A DNA stretch of 64,000 bases from assembly GCA_951406725.2 (NCBI GenBank), contig OX597833.1:67642001-67706000 (forward strand), in the 5' to 3' direction. Numbering within the stretch: position 1 is the stretch's first letter; every line of letters starts with the position of its first letter. Positions 45,196-59,310 of this stretch are shown piece after piece. A program made the position numbers and the translations under genes. The notes under the pieces are model-generated. The model had not been told where the DNA came from. It saw nothing but the letters and a program-made list of their open reading frames with translations, and did not search any database. Source of the stretch: Octopus vulgaris (lineage: Eukaryota).

Positions 45196-45338
45196 ATTCT
45201 GTTGTATCTGGGGAGAATCACTTTCTTTTTGTGCCTGATAATGTAACACACTCACCGGTAAAATTTTCACTTTTTTTCTTATTTTTATTTTCCTAAAATT
45301 TTCGTTGCGTCTTGCAACCTTTTCAATAGTCTTGACTC
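45196..45338 (-). mobile_element. Family D element with UUGAAAA hammerhead-like motif at 45293-45329
   Basis: Minus: cta|TTGAAAA|g-gttgc-aagac-gcaac|GAAA|at|T|T|tag. Confidence 0.75.
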
Positions 45339-46186
45339 TGTGCGTTATTTACACTGCGTTCCCTTTTGTTTGTTTCTGCGCATGTGTGTGAGTCAGAGTG
45401 TGTGTGTGCGCGCGTATGTGTGTGTGTGTGTGTACCTATACATGCATGCATGTACGTATGTATGGATGTGTGTGAAAATTTTTAGGATTTGAAAACATAA
45501 ATAATCAAAAATAATATGTACTGGGCTCGATTCGGTCGACTAAAATTCCCCCATGGTGGTGCTCCAGCGTGGCCGCAATGTAATGACAAAATCATAACAA
45601 ATAAAAGATACAAACAGACACATACACACACACACACGCACTTATATTTGCAATGGCTACGTGTTTCTTAAATCAACATATACACATCCATACACTTGAT
45701 ACACCTATGTGTCTAAGGATATATATATATATATATCCTTAAATCCTTAAAAACGTTTTAGCCCGAAGGCCGCGGCCATGCTGGGGCACCAACATATATA
45801 TATATATGTGTGTGTGTGTGTGTATTGTTCATAACAGAACATGTGCAACATGTGGAAAGGGGTGACTCTCAGTTGGGGGATGGAAAAAGCATGTCAAAAG
45901 AGTTCATACCGTGGCACATGTACCTTCTGCCAGCCAGCCAGCCAGCCATACTATGGGATGCGTAGTTCTTGCAGGCCGGGGAAAAAGAAATAACAAACGG
46001 ATGTACAAAACTTTCGCCAGGTTCAAGAGTCATGCGAATGGACTCACATTGCACAAACGTTGACTCATTTCTGTGACTCTTTCTAGCAATGGCTTCGCTC
46101 GCATACGAGAAAGAAGCTAAGATGTAAGATGTATGTATGTATGTACGCATGTGTGTATGTATATACATATCCATGTAAGTACGCAC

Positions 46187-46268
<82 letters not shown>

Positions 46269-46279
46269 GTGTATGTGTA

Positions 46280-46310
<31 letters not shown>

Positions 46311-46387
46311 ATATGTGTGTATATAGGTACATTCGAATGTATGAACGTACGAAGTATAAGTATGTACGTATATATGTTGGTAAGTAC

Positions 46388-46465
<78 letters not shown>

Positions 46466-46961
46466 GTGTGTGTGTGTAGATACTACGTATGGATATACGT
46501 ACGTACGTATATATAGATGTCCGTATGTTGTAGGTACTTACACGTATGAATGTATGTATGAATGTATGTATGTGTGCATAGAATTTATCTAATGTAATAT
46601 TGGAAGAAAAATCAAAATCATTAACTAATTGCAGTAAAACACACTGCATTAACAACATGGTGAAATTGTATACGAAATGAGATTTTCAATGAAGAGGAGG
46701 GAGGGCCCAGAGAGACTTGGATGCCAGAGGTTATTCATTCAATGACTTTATGAAACTAAAATGGAAAAGAAAGAAAAACAAAACGAGAAGCAAAGGGAGA
46801 TAAATGTGTACAACACAAAGCAGATTTCTTCTCACATATCTAAGCCTGAGATCCATTAGCAGATATATTTTACACTACATCATTAAGAAAGTACGATGTA
46901 TGTGGGTTTATGTGCGTCATTGACAGTTCAGAATAGATGCACGTGATGGTATATCTATCTG

Positions 46962-47017
<56 letters not shown>

Positions 47018-47093
47018 CATATCTATCTATCTATCTTTATCGATCTTTCTATTTATCTATCTATCTATCTATCTAGCTATTTCTTCATCTATA

Positions 47094-47195
<102 letters not shown>

Positions 47196-47337
47196 TGTCT
47201 GTCTGTCTGTCTACAATCCGTGGTTGTATATATCCTTGTATTTGTTGTCTTTGTATTTATCTATCAATCTCTCTATCCCACTATCAGTAAATACGGAAAC
47301 TCACACGCGCACATACACACACGTACACACAAACACA

Positions 47338-47411
<74 letters not shown>

Positions 47412-47624
47412 GGAGAGAGAAATTGTGTGTGAAAGATAGTCATAATTTGCCAAACGCGCCTGTGCACCCTTGTGTGCAACACACCGATGCAGCCAAAATA
47501 GATTATTTTAATCCTCTGTTATCGAGTACTCTTTTTTCCACCACCTAACACTACACGTTCACATATATGTGTGTGTGTGTGCGCGTGCGCGCGTGTGACT
47601 GTGTTCGTGACTACATATAAAACA

Positions 47625-48235
47625 CCTGCTCCTTTACAAAAGAGGCCAAAAAATGTAGAAGGGGGAAATGGAGAGACTAGAGTTACAATCCACTGCAAAG
47701 AGAACCATGGTGAAGAATAAAATGAACTTTGTGCAAAGCAGGAAGAAAATGCTATGAATGAAACACTTGCTAATGAATAAGCAAAGTTGATTTAGACCGT
47801 CAAGGAACACAGAAATATATCTGGTGGCTCAGAGCAGTTGGTCTTGACGCAGAAACAGGTTCTGTCATTGCTGCTCAAAATTTGAGCCTTTCAATAGCGT
47901 TCAACGAAAATAGAATATTAAGAAATAGCATCGACACCCTATGCAGGACGTGTAACATATTTAGAGGAATAAAGGACCGCCTTGTTACTGATTGTCCAGA
48001 ACTTGCTAAGACTGAATGCATTCAACGCCCACCCCTACAAAGCTGCAGCGTACATGTATTGCAGGGCCTACAAAGTATATAACTTTATGACCACCGAGAA
48101 ATGGTATGAGAATCAACTGGAAATGGTGATGGGAAATAAGAAGACCAATATATTATGGGATGTGCAGCTCTTACAGGCCGGGGAAAAAGAAATAACAAAC
48201 GGTCCGGACATCATTATCAGAGATTAGAAAGATGG
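47625..48235 (+). mobile_element. Decayed R4/Dong-like LINE: zinc knuckle and start of restriction-like endonuclease
   Basis: WLRAVGLDAETG..IAAQNLSL...DTLCRTCN...LVTDCPELAKTECIQR / KAAAYMY...EKWYENQLEMV...ILWDV...NGPDIIIRD; frameshifted. Confidence 0.82.
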
Positions 48236-48611
48236 TGATAATGATAAAAATAGCAATACGGATAATGGTGCTGCTGCTCAGGATGATGGTCATTATAATA
48301 ATACGATTAAAATTAAATACTTTCTAAATTTCGCACGAGGCCAGCAATTTTGTGGTAAGTGCGAAGTCGATTACATCGACTCCAGTGCTCCACTCATACA
48401 TGTTTTGTCTTCCTTGAAATGATGAAACGCAAAGTTGACATCGGTGGAATTTGAACTCAGAACGTAAAGACGGACGAAATGCTCTGCAGCATATAAATAG
48501 AGGCGGGGTGAGGCGTAAGTGGAGAGAGAGAGAGAGGGGGAGAAGGAGAAAGCTAATGATAGAAAGACAAATACATTAATATGATATACGCAAGCATCTA
48601 TTTCTTATCTT

Positions 48612-48810
48612 TTATTACCTCCGCCTTCGCTAAGGTGGAGGTATTGTTTTCAGTCGTGCTTGTTTTTTTGTTTGTCCGTGGACAAGATATCTTAAGGACC
48701 GCCGGATGGATTCGGATGAAACTTTCAGCGAAATTTATCCTCGTGACCGGTGCCAACTGATTAGATTTTCGGATCGATCCGGTACTGTACAAGGATTCTA
48801 GATTATTTTT
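48612..48810 (-). mobile_element. Helentron/HINE-like element, second copy
   Basis: Inverted homolog of 25245-25433 with terminal hairpin at 48617-48642. Confidence 0.65.
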
Positions 48811-48811
48811 C

Positions 48812-49222
48812 TCTCTTTACTCTTTTCTCTTTTACTTGTTTCAGTCATTTGACTGCGGCCATGCTGGAGCACCGCCTTTAGTCGAGCAACTCGACCCCGG
48901 GACTTATTCTTTGTAAGCCCAGTACTTATTCTATCGGTGTCTTTTGCCGAACTGCTAAGTGACAGGGACATAAACACACCAGCATCAATTGTCAAGCAAT
49001 GCTAGGGGGACAGACACACAAACACACACACATACACATTCATATATAAACATATATACGACGGGCTTCTTTCAGTTTCCGTCTACCAAATCCACTCACA
49101 AGGCATTGGTCGGCCCGAGGCTATAGTAGAAGACACTTGCCCAAGGTGCCACGCAGTAACACTGAACCCGGAACCATGTGGTTGCTAAACAAGCTACTTA
49201 CCACACAGCCACTCCTGCGCCT
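48812..49222 (-). mobile_element. Full-length SINE family A
   Basis: Close reverse complement of 14151-14555. Confidence 0.92.
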
Positions 49223-49390
49223 CTGCTTTTTTATTTTATTTTATTTTTTTACTTAAGTTTTCGAGTGGTCGGGTTCATTGTTAGTATTCTCGTCTGTGAG
49301 AGCAGTCGAGTTTATTTCAGATAATCGTTGACGGGAGGTTGGTGATACCATGCCGGAGGTTTAGCTTTCTGAGTGCTCTTGTTATTATTA

Positions 49391-49454
<64 letters not shown>

Positions 49455-49549
49455 TCCCCCACACTTTATGTCCGTCTTTGTATTGTCCCCCTCATTTTCG
49501 TCCTTGTGGCAAATAAATGAATATTTTATTATTATCATCATCATCATCA

Positions 49550-49595
<46 letters not shown>

Positions 49596-49679
49596 CATTA
49601 TTATATTATTATTAATAGCAGTATCATACATCAGGGAAAAGATTCTGCCAGCTCATTACTTTAATAATAGTAATGAAGA

Positions 49680-49710
<31 letters not shown>

Positions 49711-49842
49711 AATGATGATGATGATCATCATCATCATCATCCTCATCATCATCATCATCATCATCACCATCATCATCATTATCCTCATCCTAATTACAAA
49801 GAAGATGGTATTGATAACACCAATAATAGTAATAAAAATTCA

Positions 49843-49880
<38 letters not shown>

Positions 49881-50319
49881 TAGTAATAATAGTAACAATA
49901 ATAATAAACGTGAAATATTAATAGTAATTTTAATATGGTGAAATGGTAATGGCATAAAGTTAGTGATAATGATTACAGCAACACAAGTAATCTAATAGGC
50001 ATATAATTGCACGGTGTTGAACACCAGCTTGCAATGGTGCACATAGGCAGCTGCACAGAGTGCAACAGGTAAGTAGGTTACAGCAGTGATGCTAAATACC
50101 TGACTGAAAATGGTGAAGCAGCGAAACCAATTAGCTTAAGGGGGTGGCATAGATAATGTGGATATAATTACTGTTATTTTATTTCGTAAATATGTTGCTG
50201 ATGTGGATGCTGATGTTGTGAGACTATGCTTTCTGTGTAATACATATATAAAAACATATAAAACGATAGTGACGATACACACAAATATATATATATATAT
50301 ATATATCCATACATGCGTG

Positions 50320-50397
<78 letters not shown>

Positions 50398-50623
50398 AGT
50401 GTATGTATATATGTATTGTATATTATATTATATATATTATAAATATAAAATATATATGCTTATATATATATGTATATATTTGCATATATATATATACGAG
50501 TACATATAATATACATGTACGTATATATATATATGTATGTATGTTTGTATGTATGTGTAGATGGAGCGATAGATAGATAGATAGATAGATGCGTACCTAT
50601 CTACATATATACATGCATGTACG

Positions 50624-50692
<69 letters not shown>

Positions 50693-51448
50693 TTCAATGA
50701 ATACATGCATATATTTTTATATGTATACTTGTATATGATATATTAATTACAGAAATCAATAGCTTGATAGCTCACACACACACACACACACGCACATACA
50801 TGTATGCACAAACGGACACACATATTTTAGTAGAAGTATTTACATATATATACATACATGTATAAATCGATAAGCAGAAAGAAAACATGGCACAGTTTAT
50901 CGATATTCTTTTTCCATATAATATACACACTGTTCAGGTTTAAAATCATGATGTTTTTATGTCACTTGTTTTTTCAGTAACAAATTGAGGATTTGGTGAA
51001 GAATCAACGGCGTTAGAGATCATAAGGATTAAAGATTTATTTGCGAAAAATTTAGCTGACATGGAGGACTGGGTAAACCAGATGAATGTTTGCAAAGAAA
51101 TAACTCTACCCCGAAAATTCGTACCGGGTATCAAAATGCTGACAATGTGACTGCTTATCAAACTACTTCGTTTCAAGTTACAGAAGTCTACACGGGAGAC
51201 ATAAACGAGTAATCCAGCGACGGGCAGGTTTCCTGTGCCGTTGGCAATATTTGTTCTTCTGTGGACTTTTCCCTTTCCGACGAAGCAATGCACGAAACGT
51301 CGAACTCTCTCCTTTCACCGAGCGTCAAGCTAATACATTTCTTGTAGACGTCCTCATGTTGTCTTTTTTTATTCATTTGTTTTCAATTGTTAGTTTATTT
51401 GAATAGACTATATATATATATATATATATAATATAAATAATTACTAAA

Positions 51449-52028
51449 TTAAATGTGTGGCTTATTAGTAATTCGAACCTCAAGGCAAATTTAATACAGG
51501 TCACAAAAGTGACAGAGGGTACTGACCAGTACCAGCTATTGCTAGAAACAAGAGATAAAACAGTTCGAAAGCCACAAAAAGCACTGTCTTAATGACTGAC
51601 AAAGGTAGCTGAGTCCCTTCGTACATATCCTGTTTGCACGATTTCGGATTTTGATATAGAACATCTTAATCTTCGTCAGCCTCTCTTACCGCATAGGTTT
51701 AGACTTAACTACCTCTGTCAGTATCATGGGAAAACCGTTGCAAACGTGCTGATTTTCAAAACGGTAAAAGTGTAAACAACATATTAAATGGGTGGCTTAT
51801 TAGAAATTTGAACCTAAAGACAAATTCAATACAGGGCGCAAAAGTCACAGGAGGTTGACCAGCATCAGCTATTGCGAGAAACAAGAGTTAAAACAACTCA
51901 AAAACCATAAAAGCAGTCATAATGACTGACAAAAGGGAGGTCAGGCCTAGCGTATATAGACGGAGCGACAGATTTCGGGTTTTGAAGTAGACCCTCTTAA
52001 TCCTCGTCAGGGAATCTTAGCGCCTAGG
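51449..52028 (-). repeat. Diverged tandem dimer (period ~335 bp), each unit with a hammerhead-like core
   Basis: ttaaatg(t/g)gtggcttattag starts at 51449 and 51784; minus-strand CTGACGA...GAAA at 51642-51679 and 51973-52010. Confidence 0.8.
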
Positions 52029-52685
52029 AATAAATTTAAACCCTAGGCATTACGTTTATCCCTAGGCATATATACCCGCATATAACGTATAATCTATAAA
52101 TATGAATATTATACGCTCACATATGCGCGTATACATGTATGTATGTTTTTTATGTATGTATGTATGTATGTATTTATGTATGTATGTATGTATGCATTAT
52201 GTATGTATATATGCATGTATGTATGTATGTATGTATGTATATATGCATGTATGTGTGTATGTATGTATGTATGTATGTATGTATGTATGTATGTATGAAT
52301 GTATGTATGTATGTATGTATGTATGTCTGTATGTATGAATGTATGTATGTATGTATGTATGTATGTATGTATGTATGAATGTATGTATGCATCTATGTAT
52401 GTATGAATGTATGTATGCATCTATGTATGTATGAATGTAAGTATGTATACATCGCTTATGTCTGCCTGTCCCTTACGCTCTGTCGTGCTATACCTCTGCC
52501 CATACCATCTCGGATATAACACTAAATGTGCGTTAATCTTGTTTCATTCAAAGACATTTTAAAGAGATTTTTAAATAACATCTCTTAAAACAGCATCAAA
52601 ATTAAATGTAGTCAAAACCACTTAGAAATCATCCCATATACACTAATATATATATTTATTTTGTATATACATACATATATATATA

Positions 52686-52752
<67 letters not shown>

Positions 52753-52902
52753 TATAAACATATACATATATATATATATATAAGGATATAGTGATTGAGA
52801 GAAAGAATTAGATATAGCATACATATGCAAAAATTTTCTGTCTGTTGTTATCCTCCTCCTCCTCCTCCTCATCATCATCATCATCATCATTTATTATTAT
52901 TA

Positions 52903-52948
<46 letters not shown>

Positions 52949-52980
52949 CATTATTATTATTATTATCATTATTATTATTA

Positions 52981-53023
<43 letters not shown>

Positions 53024-53177
53024 CATTATTATCATTATTATTATTATTATTATTGTTATTATTATTATTATTATTTTTTTTTTTTTTATTATTATTATTA
53101 TTTGTCTATACGTATCTAAATGTGATTTTTTTTCACAGATTGATTCTAGGCAATCGATTTCGTACACCAACAGCTTG

Positions 53178-53247
<70 letters not shown>

Positions 53248-53466
53248 TATATACTTCCTGCGTATGTTTTCTCTTTATTTTTTTATTGTTATTATTATTA
53301 TTTCTCTCGTTGAAAAAAGAATTTCCAAAGTACTAATTGCAAAATTTTCAGAATTTTGAGGGAAAAAAACCCACAAAAGGAAAACCAAATAACAAGAAAA
53401 AATAAAACATCACTCTGCTTTGAATAGAAGTTTTGTTTACATGGTTTAGACTTTCGCGCAAACACA

Positions 53467-53571
<105 letters not shown>

Positions 53572-53857
53572 GTGTGTGTGTGTGTGTATTTATATATATA
53601 TATATATATGCGTGTGTGTATGTATGTGTATATATGTACATATATGTATATATGTATTTAATTATGCACGTAAGCACGCACACACATGCACAGGTATATA
53701 TACTTATGTGTATACATGCATGTATGTGTGTATGTATGTATGTAGGAATGTATGGTAGTGCTATTAGTTTGTAAGTAGTTGCTCTTTTTAGTGCTAGTAA
53801 ATGCTTGTATAAATGATTGGTAGCTAATAAGAATTACTCATTAGTACTAAATAATTA

Positions 53858-53919
<62 letters not shown>

Positions 53920-53958
53920 AATGACTGTATGTCTGTCTGTCTGTCTCTGTCTCTCCCT

Positions 53959-54018
<60 letters not shown>

Positions 54019-54156
54019 CTTATCTATCTATCTATCTTCCTATCATTCTACCTATTTATCTATTTATCTATCTATCCATATCTATCTGTATGTATATATC
54101 TATCTATCTATATATGCATATATGTGTGTGTGTATGTATTTATGTGTGAGTGTGTT

Positions 54157-54212
<56 letters not shown>

Positions 54213-55147
54213 TAGCCACATTACTTTATAAATTAGATATACAATTATGGAGATCGCAACGATCGATGAATTTTCAAAAAAAAAAATCAATAAATAATTT
54301 CATATAATGGTATTAAATAGAAATAAGCATGGAGAGCAACACCAAGAACACCACCACCACCACCAACAACAACAGCAACACCACCAACACCATCCCCTTC
54401 AATAACAACAAGCACACCAGCAATTTCAACGATAATTTTTACATTTAGTTCACCATGTCTATTCGCCGAAACTTAAGTGCGGACTTTCACTATAGTAATG
54501 GTCCATAAACATAAATATTATGTAGAAATAGTTCAGAGGTGAGAATAATGTTGGTTGCTTTGTTTGTGTTCGTATTTCAGACGATGATGTAATTTTGCTA
54601 TCTCCGTATTCGCCTAAATAGATGATAATTTAACATTACCTAAAGATGATATACAAAGATGATAATTTAAAGATGATAATTTAACATTACCTAAAGATGA
54701 TACACAATTTGTGTTGACTTCTTACTTATCTATATTATTAGTTCGTATTATTTTAGGGCTTCTTTTGTTTTCCTTTTTCATTTTCTAATAACCTTAATGG
54801 CGTGATTATTTCATCTTTGAATTCTTTCTTTAAAAAACGGGTTTGCAATTTGTCGGCGATTGCCTTGTGGGGTTTCGTTATAGCTGAATCTCATTTATTA
54901 TTTTGATGGGTTCCTTATGGCCAGATTGAATTGAGAACAGTCACCAATATAGGAGCAGGAGTGGCTGTGTGGTAAGTAGCTTGCTTACCAACGACATGGT
55001 TCCGGGTTCAGACCCACCGCATGGCATCTTGGGCAAGTGTCTTCTGCTATAGCCACACGGGCGGACCAAAGCGTTGTGAATGGGTTTTGTTCAAATACTG
55101 AATCGATAGATTTTGCCCTTAAAACCTCTGGACTATTGTTATGCAAT

Positions 55148-55473
55148 GTAGTTTACATAAATGACTAGCTTTATATTTCACTGTTTATCAGGTAGAACCT
55201 GGAAATTTTTGAGAAGCTACCTCGTGTTATGACGGTAGTTAGATTATATCTCGGATCTCCTGTTCAGAGATGTTAGTGTTGCCTGATTCATCATCTGAAG
55301 CTATTCAGCAAGGTAGTTTACATAAATGACTAACTTTCTCTTTCACTGTTTTTCAGGGAGATCCTGGAAATATTTGAGAAGCCACCTCGTGCTATAGCGG
55401 CAGTTAGATTATATCTCGGACCTCCTGTTCAGAGATGTTAGTGTCGCCTGATTCATCATCTGAAGCTATTCAG
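55148..55473. repeat. 165-bp tandem duplication
   Basis: gtagtttacataaatgacta...gaagctattcag starts at 55148 and 55313. Confidence 0.92.
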
Positions 55474-56099
55474 TCTCGCGTTGTTTCGTGATACGAAAAA
55501 TGTATTACGTATCAATATTCAAAATAACTCAACAGTTTGGAGGGCGATCAGGTCATCAGTTGCTTCTTGACCTAAAATATTGAACGTGGGGATAAAACTG
55601 ACACCTGAATGAGTTGGCAATGAATTTTATGTCATTCCCTTCAGTGCTGTCGAGGATCCTCGGTACACAATACTTTTGGAAATACAAGATACGCTGAAGG
55701 AAGGAATTACAACCGCGTTTCGTGGTCTGCTACCACAACAGCTCCTTTATAGGATCTAGTTAGCTCAGTCCACCATCAGGAGGAACCACGTCCAGTTTCG
55801 GCCCCTACTCCTCTACCGTTCTGGTGTTGGGTGCATGTCTTCTTTCTTCTTCTTTCTTCTGTTCCCTAGCCTCTTCGATGTAGCGTCAACGAGTGTCAGC
55901 TGGCGACTGACTGACTTATCAAATTTTTTCCCTTTACATACCTGCCTCTATGCTCCAGCAGGCAGCCCCAGCAAGTTGTCACGTGACACTGTCTCAACTT
56001 TAACTGACCAATGAAGGCGCATTGTCTTAGCCCATGCATTCTCTAAACGATACCGTCATCTGTCAGTCAGCGAAGCTAATTCAGTGTCAGCTTGTCTCA

Positions 56100-56390
56100 C
56101 CTAGTGATGTTATTTTCCGCCGGCATGTTATGACTTTCAAGCCATTTTTGGTCTTCTCGCTTCAGCCATATATAGAAGCTGGCTTTTTCGACCTCCTCCT
56201 GTATTTTCCTTATTAGTTTTCGCAGCTCGGAGCTAGAAAAAACAAATCTTCTTTAGAATAGCGTTATCATTTTCCTTTCAATGAAGCCTCTAGCCCCCAC
56301 TGCCTGGTGGTAATACTCGACATTCCATCCCTGTTCTCTGCACTCTTCGATTAGTTTTTCGTACCTCTTCTCCTTCAAGTAGATGTGATT
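56100..56390 (-). mobile_element. 3' end of a Hero-like (R2 group, RLE) non-LTR retrotransposon ORF
   Basis: Minus frame absent from the ORF track: KEKRYEKLIEECREQGWNVEYYHQAVGARGFIE...*...IQEEVEKASFYIWLKREDQKW, matching KYxxLxxECxxxGW...VGxRGF...AEKASxWIWxKR. Confidence 0.8.
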
Positions 56391-57189
56391 CCACAGAATT
56401 TACTCTGTTAATTACAGGAAACTTGGAAGAGCTATCTTCAGTTTAAGAGTTGCTGGATATATAAAATACATTTGTGTATCTTTAATGAAGAGATAAGTAG
56501 CGAAGCTTTCCACCGCTTCATTTTAAATTCATACGTTGAGCGAATGTAGATAAACGCAAATCTATTTATGTGACTCACTTCACTTCATTATTTTATGAAT
56601 ATTAGAGGAACTGGTTCCGGCAGGAAGCTTCATTTCAGAAAAAGATAAATAATTTGAAAGAGAGCTTTATGACTGGAAGAAAAGCAACAGCAGGTACATT
56701 GTGTTTACCTTTATAATTAGCTATTTGCAAAAGCTCGAAATGTGCACGTGTGTTAAGCGTAAATGACTGAACTCCAATTTTGATGAAGAATAAGCTAAAC
56801 TGAATTTAATAAAGCAGAAATATGATATCTTGTAAATTTGTTGTGCCATTATCAAGTTATTTTGTGTGGAGAACATAGCAACATCATTGATAAAATAACA
56901 CGTGAAGTGGCCAATAGTCACCACCATATGCAGTCACTTGGCTTGCTCGAAATAGCAGTTACATCTCCGAATCTTAAGCCATATTCGAAAATGAAATGAA
57001 GCAGTCAGTCATACATTCGTATATAAGATATGTCTTACTTTAAAAAAAAAAGCTTGACCGACTCATTTTGAACAACTCTTAATTGTATGTCTAACTCGCT
57101 CATCACTCATCAGGTGTGAGATTAAAAACAGCAAAATTATATTGATGAGAGGGAAGAAGACTGTGTGCTCTTTCTTGATTTAAACCACA

Positions 57190-57625
<436 letters not shown>

Positions 57626-58737
57626 TCTGTTAAATATAGAACTACATCAATAATTATTGGTGAACATGAATATGCGAGTAAATACCGAAGTGACATTTAA
57701 GAAAAGCTAGGGTTTCAAGAAAATCAAACCAATTAGCTAATTAGCTAATTACTTCAAGTGCGGTCTGTATATATATACATATATACGTGAGAGGTTTCTA
57801 TACAATTTCTGTCTACCAAATCTATTGACAACCATTGGTCGAACTCGCCCAACAATAAAAAAAAACACTTGCCCAGTATCATTTGATACCTTGCAGTCGG
57901 ACTGAACTCGAAGCCTCGTGCTTGCAAAAGCGAACATCTTCGCCATGCAGCCATGCCAGTGCGTTGAAATAAAACGAACGGAGAGAAATTTTCAAGAATA
58001 TGACTTGAACAATTGTCAGTTTTTAATACCGAAACAAGACAATGGGAGACAAGATAAGACCAGACAGGGGGCATTTAGCCTCCTCCAAATAGAATACTTC
58101 AAGAAATCTCTAATAGAGCGTAAGATTCCTTCTCCAAATGTTTACCAAACTTTCTAATATCAACTTTCAAAATCTAAAACCCATTCACATTATCTTAACT
58201 TAACGCTGGTTTATTCAATATTTTCCAGTTTTTATTATTTGAGATAAACATCTACGTTTAGAAGTGGGAAATTCAGGAAAAAGAAGGAAATGCGTTGTAA
58301 CCATGGAAACTATTCAGCAATAACCTTTGACCTAATTATTGTCAAAGTGAATTCTATTAGCTTTTCAATCCATATATTATATACACACTTATGTCTTTTG
58401 TTCATAGATTCAGCTACTTTTGCTAGGGTGATGTGTTACGCTAATAATATTCGCTGTCTTCTGGCTTTAAACAAACAGAAAAATCGCACCCATGCGTATA
58501 TACGCTCATATGTGGACGTGTCTATGTACTTTCGTACACCTAGGCACATATAAACAAGCTCCATCTTCTCTGTTTATACATACATACGTACATACATAAG
58601 TGCGTATATATGTACGTATCTATCTCTATCTTGTTTATATACACATATATGCTTATATATATATGACTAACTTTCTCTTTATAAATGTCCTAAAAATTTC
58701 ACAGAACCTTGGCTTTGTTGTATTATTTTATTTAACT

Positions 58738-58826
<89 letters not shown>

Positions 58827-58829
<3 letters not shown>

Positions 58830-59310
58830 CAGTAAAACACATGGTCTACTGGAAAAGACTTAGAGAACTGGGACCTACTCCCTGGAGAGGAGACGTGAGA
58901 GATATATAGTGCTATACGTGTAGATAATAATAGAGGGTCCGGCTCCAAATTTCGGAATTGAAATCTACGACAATCCTCGAACTGGACGGCACTGCACAGT
59001 ACCACTGGCTCCATCTTCTCTACCGAGGATACGAAACCAGTATTGTAATAGCTTCGGATTCAAGATACCACAACTTTTTAATGACCTACCACAGAACATC
59101 ATATATCTGCGAGGTGTAGACATTGAAGTCTTCAAAAAGCGTCTAGACAGTTTTTTTTTATCTGCAATTCCGGATGAACCTATATCGCGGCAGGTGGTGA
59201 TGTCGAACTCGGTACTTCACCAGAAGCAATACTGGTGAAATCTCCGGATGCAGTAAAAGCGGTGCAACAGTATGGCTTCAAACTTTGGCTAAAACCCATA
59301 AAAAAGAGAT
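58827..59310 (+). mobile_element. 5'-truncated CR1-group LINE: ORF2 C-terminus and 3' tail
   Basis: YWKRLRELG/YSLERRRERYIVLYV*IIIEGPAPNFGI...RTGRHC...PQLFNDLP...FKKRLDSF/IPDEP...SNSVLHQ; tail gcggtgcaacagtatggc...ggctaaaac. Confidence 0.82.
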
